Shown: positions 1-9,295 of the stretch, piece after piece
Layout: each line of letters opens with the position of its first letter
Numbering within the stretch: the stretch's first letter is position 1
Source: a virus
Taxonomy: Duplodnaviria; Caudoviricetes
Reading direction: 5' to 3' (one strand)
IMG/VR virus record: IMGVR_UViG_3300003086_000041
Coordinates: 1-41,586 of that record
DNA length: 41,586 nt
Translations under genes and position numbers: made by a program
The notes under the pieces: generated by a model
Told to the model about the DNA's origin: nothing
The model's database searches: none
The model's input: only the letters and a program-made list of their open reading frames with translations

Positions 1-1302
1 ATGTTAGAGATAAGTAGAGATAATATTAGTGGTTTAGAGTTAACTAAGTTTAAAGAGATAGATAGGTTTATAAAACTACCTGTAGAATCATATCTAGACT
101 TATTAGATGTTACACCTAATTCATCCCAGACTGCGTTAATCAATGCAGCAAACAACCCAGACTATAGATTTATAGTTGCGGCACTATCCCGACGACAGGG
201 AAAAACCTATATAGCAAACATTATTGGACAACTGATATCTTTGGTACCAAACTCTAATGTATTGATTATGTCCCCAAACTACAGCCTATCACAGATTTCC
301 TTTGATTTACAGAGAAGTCTGATAAAGCACTTCGACTTAGAAGTACTACGTGATAACGCTAAGGACAAGATTATTGAACTAAGTAATCATAGTACCATAC
401 GTATGGGTTCTGTGAATCAAGTAGACTCTGTAGTTGGTAGATCATATGATTTAATTATATTTGATGAGGCAGCTCTTAGTGAGGGGATGGATGCATTTAA
501 TGTAGCACTACGACCTACTTTGGATAAGCCTGGTTCAAAAGCCATATTTATATCTACTCCTAGAGGAAGAAATAATTGGTTCTCTAAACTATACAATAGA
601 GGGTTTAGTGACGATCACCCTAACTGGATATCTATTAAAGCCACCTATCATGAGAATCCTAGAATTACTATGGCTGATATTGAGGAAGCTAGAAAAGCTA
701 TGTCTACAGCAGAGTTTTCTCAAGAGTACCTTGCGGACTTTAATCAGTTTGAAGGTCAAGTATGGACTTTTGACCAAGAGAAGTATGTAGCTGACTTAAG
801 AGAACTAGATCTATCAAAAATGGATGTAATCGCAGGGCTGGACGTAGGTTTCAGGGATCCTACAGCATTTGTAGTAATTGCCTACAGCTGGGAAGATGAG
901 AAGTATTACCTAGTTGATGAATATTTACATGCTGAGAGAACTACAGACCAGCATGCAGTATTCTTAAGGAAACTGATTGATAAGTACGATGTTGATTTAA
1001 TTTATATTGATTCAGCAGCTCAACAAGTTAGGTTTGACTTAGCTCAAGAACATGACATCCCTACCAATAATGCTACTAAGGATGTATTGGCTGGTATTGC
1101 ACATGTAGCGAGTATTGTAGAGAACGGTAGATTAATCGTTGATCAAAGGTGCGTACAGACACTGATTACTTTGGATCAGTATCAATGGGACCCAAATAGA
1201 AACTTATTAAAAGAAAAACCCGTACACAATGATGCTTCCCATATTGCTGATGCTCTTAGATATGCGTTATATACATTCCAAGATTCTGAAATAACAGTAT
1301 AA
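1..1302 (+). CDS. terL: Terminase large subunit (T5-like)
   Basis: Walker A-like LSRRQGKT, Walker B LIIFDEAA, motif III ISTPRG, RNase H-like GLDVGFRDPTA and C-terminal HIADALRY. Confidence 0.95.
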   Translation: MLEISRDNISGLELTKFKEIDRFIKLPVESYLDLLDVTPNSSQTALINAANNPDYRFIVAALSRRQGKTYIANIIGQLISLVPNSNVLIMSPNYSLSQISFDLQRSLIKHFDLEVLRDNAKDKIIELSNHSTIRMGSVNQVDSVVGRSYDLIIFDEAALSEGMDAFNVALRPTLDKPGSKAIFISTPRGRNNWFSKLYNRGFSDDHPNWISIKATYHENPRITMADIEEARKAMSTAEFSQEYLADFNQFEGQVWTFDQEKYVADLRELDLSKMDVIAGLDVGFRDPTAFVVIAYSWEDEKYYLVDEYLHAERTTDQHAVFLRKLIDKYDVDLIYIDSAAQQVRFDLAQEHDIPTNNATKDVLAGIAHVASIVENGRLIVDQRCVQTLITLDQYQWDPNRNLLKEKPVHNDASHIADALRYALYTFQDSEITV

Positions 1303-1309
1303 GGTATAG

Positions 1310-1348
1310 AAAATTTCTCTTGACATTTTGGTCTGGGATTGGTATAAT
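1310..1348 (+). promoter_or_regulatory. Consensus sigma70 promoter with AT-rich UP element
   Basis: TTGACA (1320-1325), 17-nt spacer, TATAAT (1343-1348), preceded by AAAATTT, in an intergenic gap. Confidence 0.9.
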
Positions 1349-1429
1349 TGTGGTTATAAAAAAGTAGAAATGGTACCGTGGAATTACTGGTACTTTACTT
1401 AGAGGTAGAGATAGAGGAGATATTCTGGT

Positions 1430-1801
1430 ATGGCTGAACTAAAGCGCGATAGAGTTAAGTATATTCGTGATAGGGCGAAGAGTGCGTATGTAAAGGACAC
1501 AGAATGTTTTATATGCGGGGACACAGAGAAATTAGATTTTCACCACTTTAACTCAGTGACTGAACTTCTTGAAAGATGGATAAAGCAGAAAAACTTGACT
1601 ATAAATAGTGCAGAAGATATGATGGATATGCGGGACGAATTCATTGAATTTCATCATAAAGAGATTTATGACGATACAGTGACCTTATGTCATAGACATC
1701 ATTTGAAACTACACTCCATTTATGGGAAAAGACCTACTTTAGCTACGGCCCAAAAACAAGAACGCTGGGTGGACAAAAGGCGTGAAAAGGAATATAAATG
1801 A
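1430..1801 (+). CDS. HNH-type nicking endonuclease (T5-like, between terL and portal)
   Basis: CFICG...LDFHHF...TLCHRHHLKLH zinc-finger/HNH pattern; GAGGAG RBS; same position as the T5 nicking endonuclease gene. Confidence 0.8.
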   Translation: MAELKRDRVKYIRDRAKSAYVKDTECFICGDTEKLDFHHFNSVTELLERWIKQKNLTINSAEDMMDMRDEFIEFHHKEIYDDTVTLCHRHHLKLHSIYGKRPTLATAQKQERWVDKRREKEYK

Positions 1802-2991
1802 GTATATTAGATATTATTAGAGACAAGTTAAACCCATCTCAACCAGATATCTCCATTAATTTAGAAGGTTCGGAGATATCTACTACCAAACCATTCAAAA
1901 AATTTGGTGATGCGTATAGAGATGTAGAAGTGGTTAATAGAGGAGTCAACATGTTAGTTGACTCTGCTGTAGGATTAGAATTTGATATTGGGGATAAACT
2001 AGCGTTTACCGGCCCGGCAAATATTAGAAGAAATAAGTTAGCCTTATTACTAAATAAGCAACCTAATCTATTTCAAGATGCCTCAGCTTTTAAGCGCAAT
2101 TTATATACAGATTTTTTAGTTGAAGGTAACGCTTTTATCTACTTTGATGGAGCGCACTTATATCATTTACCTGCATCTAATGTTATAATTAAAACAGATA
2201 AGAAAACATTTATAGAAAGCTATGAGTACAACAATGTATTCTATAGCACTGAAGAAATTATTCATATTAAAGAGAACTCAGCAACTTCAATCTATAGAGG
2301 AGACTCTAGATTGGCATCTTGCTTAAGAAGTATTAATACTCTTTATAAGATGAGGTTATTTCAAGATAACTTCTTCGATAATGGAGCAGTACCAGGATTA
2401 GTACTAAAAACTCCAAACACTTTAAGCACAAAAATTAAGGATAGGTTATTGGCTTCTTGGAGATCCAAGTATAACCCCAAGACTGGAGGTAGAACTCCTC
2501 TTATTTTAGATGGTGGATTAGATATTTCCCCTCTCTCTAATACTAATTTCCAACAGTTAGATTTTGACGAAAGTTTAAAGACTTTAGAGTCTAGAATTTT
2601 ACAAGCGATAGGAGTTCCACCCGTATTATTAGATGGTGGAAATAATGCTAATATATCTCCTAATACTAAACTAATGTATCACCAAACGGTTATACCTTTA
2701 GTTAAGAAGTTTAATTCAGCTTTCGAAAGATTCTTTACATACGATATAGACTTAGCAACTCAAAAAGTTTTTAGTCTACGTCCAGAATTAAAAGATGAGT
2801 CGCAATACTACTCAACTTTAGTGAATAATGGTATTATGACAGGAGCTGAGGCTCGTGAGCTACTACGATTAGAACCTATTGATGACGAAGCACTCAATAC
2901 TATTAGGATTCCAGCTAACGTGGCGGGAGCCGCAACAGGTGTAGCCGGTGAATCAGACGGAAAACCTGTACAGGATACATCAGAGGAGTAA
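1798..2991 (+). CDS. Portal protein (HK97/T5 pb7 family)
   Basis: LLNKQPN, LVEGNAFI, EIIHIK, FFDNGAVPGLVL, IGVPPVLL, GIMTGAEARELL; ATGA overlap with the upstream gene. Confidence 0.93.
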   Translation: MSILDIIRDKLNPSQPDISINLEGSEISTTKPFKKFGDAYRDVEVVNRGVNMLVDSAVGLEFDIGDKLAFTGPANIRRNKLALLLNKQPNLFQDASAFKRNLYTDFLVEGNAFIYFDGAHLYHLPASNVIIKTDKKTFIESYEYNNVFYSTEEIIHIKENSATSIYRGDSRLASCLRSINTLYKMRLFQDNFFDNGAVPGLVLKTPNTLSTKIKDRLLASWRSKYNPKTGGRTPLILDGGLDISPLSNTNFQQLDFDESLKTLESRILQAIGVPPVLLDGGNNANISPNTKLMYHQTVIPLVKKFNSAFERFFTYDIDLATQKVFSLRPELKDESQYYSTLVNNGIMTGAEARELLRLEPIDDEALNTIRIPANVAGAATGVAGESDGKPVQDTSEE

Positions 2992-2993
2992 AG

Positions 2994-3320
2994 ATGACAC
3001 AGAACGAGCAATTAGAGTTAATGATTGAATTCTTTAAAAAGAACGACCATGAATTAAGCGAAGGTCACTATAGAGCTAGGAAAGATAAACCAGTCTCCAT
3101 TAAGTTATTAAAGAGAATGTGGGGTTCAGGTAACGCTTACTTAAGAGCAAGACGTCGTGCTATTGAAGAAATAGCAAAAAGAGTAGTAGTTTCAAAACCA
3201 GTACCTAAGGCCGTAGCACCCGCTACACCTAAGCCTGGTATGTTGAATAAACCCACGCCTAAAGCAGCCCCTAAACCGGCTCCTACGGCAAAGGTAGAGA
3301 AGGGAACAAAAAAGGCTTAA
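2994..3320 (+). CDS. Small basic protein with Pro/Ala/Lys-rich tail
   Basis: GAGGAG RBS and fills the portal-protease gap. Function unknown. Confidence 0.7.
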   Translation: MTQNEQLELMIEFFKKNDHELSEGHYRARKDKPVSIKLLKRMWGSGNAYLRARRRAIEEIAKRVVVSKPVPKAVAPATPKPGMLNKPTPKAAPKPAPTAKVEKGTKKA

Positions 3321-3344
3321 GCCTTAATTTTTAGGAGTTAATTT

Positions 3345-5288
3345 ATGAGAAATAAATTTGAATTGCATACTCATTTTACCAAGGCAGTTTCTGATGAAGA
3401 AGGTGTTCTACGTATAAAGGGGTATGCTAACACGACTACTAAGGACAGAATGGGGGATGTAATCCCTATGGATGCGTGGACTAAATCAGGTGCTTTAGAA
3501 AATTTTCTAAAAAATCCTATTGTTCTTGCGTATCATGACCATTCGCAACCCATTGGAAAAGTAGTAGATTATTCTATTACTAGCAAGGGGTTAGAAATAG
3601 TAGCCGAAATTAGTAAAGCTGCGGGGAATGTAGCAGATCTCATCATAGATGAGGTTCTAAAAACTTTCTCTATTGGGTTTTCTATCAAAGATGCAGAGTA
3701 TGACAGAGAGTCAGATATTTTTACGATCAAAGATCTAGAACTATTTGAAGTATCAGTCGTATCTGTGCCGGCAAACCAAGATTCAACTTTTTCTGTGGCT
3801 AAGTCATTAGACACTGCAGATTTAGACGAATTAAAAACGAAGTATGGAACGTCTGAAGTAACAGAAGCTGTTAAAGCTGAAGTGGCGGAAGATATTAATA
3901 ATAAAACAGCACCTGTTGCTGAAGAAAAGGAAGAACTAGAAATGGATAAAAAAGAACTAGAAGCTTTACTGGCTAAAACTGCAGCAGATGCGGCAACAGC
4001 TGTAACAGCTAAAATAGAAGCTAAAAAAGCGGAAGAGAAGGCTGCACTAGCTGCGGAAACTAAGAAGCAAGAAGAAGCTGAAAAAACTAAGAATATTGCT
4101 ATTGAGGCAGGTGCTACTGGTGCTGAGCGTCTTATGGCTGATATTGCTAAAAAGATGGAAGATGAAACTGCTTCATTGAAAGACATCGTTAACACAATGG
4201 GTGAAGAACTTAAAGCTAAATCTGATGAGATTGAAGCTATGCAACGTTCTAAGATGACTTTTGCTGATCATAAAGAAGAAGCAATCGCTAAAGAATCTGC
4301 AGAAAAAGCTTACTTACTAGGTATCGTATTACGTAAAAATATGTTTGATACAAAGTATGGTGCTGGTTTAGTAGAGAAGGTTAATACTTCTTCATCTGCA
4401 CAAGTATCTTCAGATAAGTACGAGCAAGAAGTATCAACTAATCTTGAACGTGATATCTATGAGAAGCTAGTTGTTGCTCCTATGTTCCGTTCAATTGATA
4501 TGAATCAAGCGACTATGGTATTACCAATTGCTCCAGATGCAGCTATGGCTGACTGGGTTGCTGCTAGTACTTACGGTGCTGATGCTACCACGGGTGGAAC
4601 TAAGACTACTGCGTTAACAGAGATCTTATTACAGACGTATAAGATGGCTTCTAAGTCATTCTTAACTGACGAAACTGATGAAGATGCAATTATCCCATTA
4701 CTACCTCTAATCCGTGACGGTTTAGTACGTGGTCATGCTCGTGCAACTGAAGATGCGTTACTTAATGCTGACTCTACAGTATCTCCAACTACTGGACCAT
4801 TCAATGGTTTAATTAAGAAGGCTGGTACTAATGTAAATGCAGTTAAAGTTGGTACTACAGGTACTGCTAAGATTATTGCTAAGGACTTACTTGAGACTCG
4901 TCGTAAGCTAGGTAAGTGGGGCTTAGACCTTTCTTCTCTAACTTGTATTGTTAGTCAAGAAGTATACTGGGATCTATTAGAAGATGATAACTTTGCTCAT
5001 TTGAATGAAGTAAATGGTCTTGCAACTAAGATTTCTGGTCAAGTTGGCTCAATGTACGGTATGCCAGTAGTTGTCTCTCCTGAGATGCCTGCTAAAGCAG
5101 ACGGCGCAGCTGGAGCAGTAATTGTTGCTACTTCAAACTTCGTAATGCCTCGTATCCGTGGTTTACGTGTTCAGTCTGACTACTATGTTGAGAAACAGCA
5201 GCAAGTTATTGTTGCTACTCAGCGCTTCGGCTTCAGTGATATTATCGCTGGTCAAGCAGTAGTTGCTATGACATACGACTACTCTTAA
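3345..5288 (+). CDS. Prohead protease fused to scaffold (delta domain) and HK97-fold major capsid protein (T5 pb11+pb8-like)
   Basis: N-terminus has IKGYANT, VLAYHDH, FSIGF and LFEVSVVSVPAN (HK97-type protease). C-terminus has VNTSSSAQVSS, WVAASTYG, KSFLTDETDEDAI and YWDLLED, as in T5 pb8. No stop lies between them. Confidence 0.93.
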   Translation: MRNKFELHTHFTKAVSDEEGVLRIKGYANTTTKDRMGDVIPMDAWTKSGALENFLKNPIVLAYHDHSQPIGKVVDYSITSKGLEIVAEISKAAGNVADLIIDEVLKTFSIGFSIKDAEYDRESDIFTIKDLELFEVSVVSVPANQDSTFSVAKSLDTADLDELKTKYGTSEVTEAVKAEVAEDINNKTAPVAEEKEELEMDKKELEALLAKTAADAATAVTAKIEAKKAEEKAALAAETKKQEEAEKTKNIAIEAGATGAERLMADIAKKMEDETASLKDIVNTMGEELKAKSDEIEAMQRSKMTFADHKEEAIAKESAEKAYLLGIVLRKNMFDTKYGAGLVEKVNTSSSAQVSSDKYEQEVSTNLERDIYEKLVVAPMFRSIDMNQATMVLPIAPDAAMADWVAASTYGADATTGGTKTTALTEILLQTYKMASKSFLTDETDEDAIIPLLPLIRDGLVRGHARATEDALLNADSTVSPTTGPFNGLIKKAGTNVNAVKVGTTGTAKIIAKDLLETRRKLGKWGLDLSSLTCIVSQEVYWDLLEDDNFAHLNEVNGLATKISGQVGSMYGMPVVVSPEMPAKADGAAGAVIVATSNFVMPRIRGLRVQSDYYVEKQQQVIVATQRFGFSDIIAGQAVVAMTYDYS

Positions 5289-5306
5289 TATTAGAGTAAC
5301 GTAATT

Positions 5307-5336
5307 AACGGGGGACCCGACAGGGTCGCCTGTTTT
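5307..5336 (+). terminator. Probable intrinsic terminator after the capsid gene
   Basis: AACGGGGGACCC-GACA-GGGTCGCCTGTT hairpin (one mismatch, one G-U) ending in a short T run. Confidence 0.6.
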
Positions 5337-5361
5337 AATAATTGCATTTAAGGAGAAATAA

Positions 5362-5949
5362 GTGGCAACTTTAATAACAGTGGCAGACTACAAATCATAT
5401 GCTGGCATTACTAGTACTAAGTTTGACACACAGATCTCTAATATAGTTACTGCAATAAGTGCAATTATTAAAACATATTGTAACCGTACTTTCGTAGATT
5501 ACGCTAGTACAGATAAAACCGAGTATTTTAGTATCGCTAATGATGCTACCATATTTGTAGAAGAAATACCTATAATATCAGTAACATCACTAAAGGTACG
5601 ATTAAACCCTAGGGTCGCGTACACTACATTAGTAGAGAATACTGATTTTGTTGTGGAAGAGGGGCAAATTGTCCATATTGATCCAACTACTGGTGGAGCA
5701 TTAAAATTTCCACATGGACCACTAGCCGTAGAACTAAAGTATAAAGCTGGTTTTACGACAATACCTGGTGATTTAAAAATTGCTGCAATGGATATGGTTA
5801 CTTTCTATATGAAGAAGGAAGCAACACAAGAAGTAATGATGATGTCTAAGTCTCCTAGTAATATTAGTAGATCGGCTAATGATAAGCAGGTATCTAATTT
5901 CCCTCCACATATTTCACGTATACTAAATTATTATAGAACTATACTGTAA
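5362..5949 (+). CDS. Head completion / head-tail adaptor (T5 p144-like)
   Basis: GTG start after AAGGAG; LITVADYK, IKTYCNRTF, YKAGF..IPGDLKIA, FPPHISRILNYYR. Confidence 0.85.
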   Translation: MATLITVADYKSYAGITSTKFDTQISNIVTAISAIIKTYCNRTFVDYASTDKTEYFSIANDATIFVEEIPIISVTSLKVRLNPRVAYTTLVENTDFVVEEGQIVHIDPTTGGALKFPHGPLAVELKYKAGFTTIPGDLKIAAMDMVTFYMKKEATQEVMMMSKSPSNISRSANDKQVSNFPPHISRILNYYRTIL

Positions 5950-6245
5950 TGGCTGTAAAGGACCTCAAGAGGTTATTACTGAAGTACGAATCAAATTTAG
6001 CTAATAAAGCCAACTATAACGCGTCAAAATTAGCAAGAGTAAATACATACAATAATAGAGATTATGTAGTAGATTTAAGCAAGAAAACTATAATAAAAAA
6101 TACTAAAGATAATATTAGAGTAGCAGGTAGAGATGAACCTACTGCTGCAGAATTAGAGAATATTTGGGAAAGAACAATTGCTTCTATTAAAGCTGCAATA
6201 CCTCCCTTTGGTGGAACAGGAAATAAAAGTGTTGGTGGTGCTTAA
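5949..6245 (+). CDS. Hypothetical; probably the N-terminal part of the tail-completion gene
   Basis: TAATG coupling to the upstream gene; the reading frame continues in +1 near 6240. Confidence 0.6.
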   Translation: MAVKDLKRLLLKYESNLANKANYNASKLARVNTYNNRDYVVDLSKKTIIKNTKDNIRVAGRDEPTAAELENIWERTIASIKAAIPPFGGTGNKSVGGA

Positions 6246-7425
6246 AGTTACCTGGAATTCTAGCAATACTATTATGTATATTAAGAATGTAAAGAATGAT
6301 CCATGGTCGGGGCAAAGTACCCATACATTCCTATTAAAGCTTAGGCAAAAGTTAGAAAAGGAAGTATGGGGCTTCAATGTAGGTAGTGTTGCTAATAAAA
6401 AAAGAGGTACCAGTACTACAGCAGGTGTAGATATTGGACATGTTGAGGACTTAATACTCGTACAATTAAAAGATACTCTATTAGGCAGTATTAATGATAT
6501 TATTAGAAGCTTTAAATCTACGAAAGCAGCTAGAGGTATAATTTTAGATGATATAGCAAAAGAGCTAAGAAGTGGAGTAGCTAGCGGAAGTATACCCTTT
6601 AATACATTTATTGAAGTAACTAAGAATATAACTAGTGAAGGCACAATTAAGATGGGTGTTGGAGTAGGTGCAGAAGATGTGCCCTTAAAAACTTTTGAAA
6701 AGTGGATTGAAGTTCAGTTTGAGGCTACTTGGCAGAACCAAGGACAAAAGTCTAAGGATGTACAAGCTGCTGCTAAACTATTCAAAAAGACCATATTACC
6801 TGAGATATTAAAAAGTTTAAATAAGTTAGTAGGTCAAAATGATTGGCCCGGGCAGAAAGCAAGTCCTGCAATTAATGAAATGATTGATACTATGATAGAG
6901 AATTCTCTATTTAGTACTAAAAATGTTAATACTAGATTCGGCTCAAAAGCTAAGAGTAAAAAGAAAGCTGCAAAGCTAAAGTCTAAAGTAACTAAGGTTA
7001 AAAAGTATTTAAGAAAGAAACCTAAGAAACCACCTCCTAGTAAAGGAGATATAAGAAACTATATTCAAGACCCTAGAGGAAATTGGATTTCCCCTATAAG
7101 TCTTACAAGCTTAATAGATGGATTAGTAGGGTCACAAGTTGCAGCTAATATGGGTACTCCTGCTCTTAACTATCGTACAGGTAGATTTTCAGAGTCAGTA
7201 GAAGTACTTGATATAATGCCAGATACTGGCATTACTATTAGAGGACAAAGACAAGAACAAGTGACGGCATATTATACATATATGAAAAGACCGTACGAAA
7301 CTTTTGAAAGAAAAGACAAATGGGGTGAATTTAAAAACCCAAGAAGATTAATTGATAAGTCTATCCGTGAGATAGCTACAAAGTATATTAATGCGAGGTA
7401 TGACTTAAGGACGGTTAGATTATGA
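6178..7425 (+). CDS. Tail completion protein (T5 p143-like), start uncertain
   Basis: C-terminal MGTPALNYRTGRFSESV, YTYMKRPYETFE and NPRRLIDKSIREIA motifs; lies between adaptor and terminator. Confidence 0.75.
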   Translation: MLLLKLQYLPLVEQEIKVLVVLKVTWNSSNTIMYIKNVKNDPWSGQSTHTFLLKLRQKLEKEVWGFNVGSVANKKRGTSTTAGVDIGHVEDLILVQLKDTLLGSINDIIRSFKSTKAARGIILDDIAKELRSGVASGSIPFNTFIEVTKNITSEGTIKMGVGVGAEDVPLKTFEKWIEVQFEATWQNQGQKSKDVQAAAKLFKKTILPEILKSLNKLVGQNDWPGQKASPAINEMIDTMIENSLFSTKNVNTRFGSKAKSKKKAAKLKSKVTKVKKYLRKKPKKPPPSKGDIRNYIQDPRGNWISPISLTSLIDGLVGSQVAANMGTPALNYRTGRFSESVEVLDIMPDTGITIRGQRQEQVTAYYTYMKRPYETFERKDKWGEFKNPRRLIDKSIREIATKYINARYDLRTVRL

Positions 7426-7862
7426 GTTTAGGGAAAGCAAGAGGTGCTATAGTTGACGCTATAGTTACAAAGCTTAAAACTATTGATGGTTCAGGATTTT
7501 TTAATATTGACCTATCCAATAATGTTGAAAATAAGCTTGTATTTTGGGATGAATTAAACGACTTTCCTTTTGTGTCAGTCGTTGCGGGAAGTGAGAGAAG
7601 AGAATATCTACCAGGTAACTTTAAGTGGGGATTTTTAAATATTACAATACGTATGTATGTGTATGATGAAGACCCTGTTTCTGAGTTAGAAAAACTATTG
7701 GTAGACACAGAAAGCGTCCTAGATTCTAATAGGCAGTTAAATTATGCCACTGGAATGGACACAACGGAAGTTCTGATTGCTCAAATATCTTCTGACGAAG
7801 GTTTATTAGCACCCTATGGTGTGGGCGAGATGAATATTATAGTTCAATACGAAGTTCAATAA
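7422..7862 (+). CDS. Tail tube terminator (T5 p142-like)
   Basis: LVFWDELNDFP, ERREYLP, ELEKLL.D.E, SDEGLLAPYGVGE; directly upstream of the tube gene. Confidence 0.85.
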   Translation: MSLGKARGAIVDAIVTKLKTIDGSGFFNIDLSNNVENKLVFWDELNDFPFVSVVAGSERREYLPGNFKWGFLNITIRMYVYDEDPVSELEKLLVDTESVLDSNRQLNYATGMDTTEVLIAQISSDEGLLAPYGVGEMNIIVQYEVQ

Positions 7863-7935
7863 GTACAATATATCAACACTGGTTAGATCCCTGTTAAATC
7901 TTATAAGAACCAAGTAAAAATAAAAGGAAAATAAA

Positions 7936-9093
7936 ATGGCTGTAAATTTAAGTAGAAATACTAAGGTATACTTCTCAACTGCTACTGTTACTGCATCTGG
8001 AGCAACGGGAGGCGACTTCACTGCCTCTAACACTTATGAAGTACCTGTACTAGATGGTTACTCTTTTTCACAGAGTACTGCTACACAAGAGATTCAACTA
8101 GACGAGGCTGGATCTTCACCTAATCGTGGTTCTCGTTCTTTCAATACTGCAATTAACCCAGTAGACTGGTCAATGAGTACGTATATTCGTCCATTCGATA
8201 CTGAAGTTACTGCGGGTTCACCTGCTGTAACAACAAGCACTTACACTGCTGTAGAAAAACGCTTATGGAATGCATTCGCATCAGATAAAGCTGTAGGAGT
8301 AGCTGGAGCTGCTTGGACAGACTCAGCTGGTACTAGTGGTCTTCCGTCTGACGGCGCTAAGTTTAAACTGATAAATTCTAATAAACACCAAATGCAAACT
8401 TTCCATTTAGTATTTGAAGTAGATAATGTATTTTATGTAGTTAAAAACGCTGCAATTACTTCTGCTGAATTGGATTTTTCAATTGATTCTATTGCAACAG
8501 TTGCATGGACTGGTTTTGGACAAGAACTAGAAGAGATGGCTACACCTACTGCTTTCGCTGCTGAAATGTTGGTTGCTGTTGATGTTGCTAATAGCTTTAT
8601 CACTAATAAACTATCTACTATTACATTAGTAGAAGTTGGTTCAACTGGTACACAAACCTTTACTGTTCCAATTACTGGTGGTAGCTTATCATTAGAAAAT
8701 AATATCACATACCTAACTCCTGAAGAGTTAGGTACTGTTAATAAGCCTATATCGGCTTATTACTCAGGAGCTCGTGGAGTTACTGGAAGTTTAAGTGCTT
8801 ACTTACGTTCTGGTTCTGGTTCTTCTGATACTGGTGCTTTAATGAAGTCTCTAGTTAATAATACAGAAACAGAAAACTTCTATAAGCTTGTAGTTAATAT
8901 CGGGGGTACCTCTGGTAACCGTGTTGCTGCTACTATGCCAGCTGTACAATTACAGATTCCTTCTGTAGATGTTGCAGACGTAATTGGTACAACTATTAGT
9001 TTTGTAGCGCAAGGGTACACAGGTACTGGTGCATCTACAGCATATGATATTACTGCTAATAACGAAATAGAGTTAGAGTACAAGTCTGTATAA
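7936..9093 (+). CDS. Major tail tube protein (T5 pb6-like)
   Basis: LSRNTKVY, RGSRSFNTAINPVDWSMSTYIRP, FITNKLS, NNITYLTPE, GSLSAYL; strongly biased codons; terminator follows. Confidence 0.88.
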   Translation: MAVNLSRNTKVYFSTATVTASGATGGDFTASNTYEVPVLDGYSFSQSTATQEIQLDEAGSSPNRGSRSFNTAINPVDWSMSTYIRPFDTEVTAGSPAVTTSTYTAVEKRLWNAFASDKAVGVAGAAWTDSAGTSGLPSDGAKFKLINSNKHQMQTFHLVFEVDNVFYVVKNAAITSAELDFSIDSIATVAWTGFGQELEEMATPTAFAAEMLVAVDVANSFITNKLSTITLVEVGSTGTQTFTVPITGGSLSLENNITYLTPEELGTVNKPISAYYSGARGVTGSLSAYLRSGSGSSDTGALMKSLVNNTETENFYKLVVNIGGTSGNRVAATMPAVQLQIPSVDVADVIGTTISFVAQGYTGTGASTAYDITANNEIELEYKSV

Positions 9094-9110
9094 TTACTTA
9101 AGTAATTAAT

Positions 9111-9148
9111 AAAACCCCTATAGGTCTTTGGCCTATAGGGGTTTTTTA
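9111..9148 (+). terminator. Intrinsic terminator
   Basis: AAAACCCCTATAGGTC-TTT-GGCCTATAGGGGTTTTTT, a long stem with a T tract. Confidence 0.92.
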
Positions 9149-9156
9149 TCACCTGT

Positions 9157-9197
9157 AAAAAATTTTTCTTGACATTTTGGTTTCCCCCTGTTATAAT
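9157..9197 (+). promoter_or_regulatory. Consensus sigma70 promoter with UP element
   Basis: AAAAAATTTTTC, TTGACA (9169-9174), 17 nt, TATAAT (9192-9197), with TG just upstream of the -10. Confidence 0.92.
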
Positions 9198-9295
9198 ATT
9201 CTTGTGCGGTATAGAAAAAAAGACTTCTTACGATAAGGAGTTAATGTTATTTAAACTAAAGAGATCCCGCCGTACAGGGATAGGAGAAAAAAAGA

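Noticed and set aside
3312-3332. Palindrome AAGGCTTAAGCCTT over a stop codon, followed by a T run
   Set aside because: The stem is only 5 bp, and a strong terminator directly before the capsid gene is unlikely.
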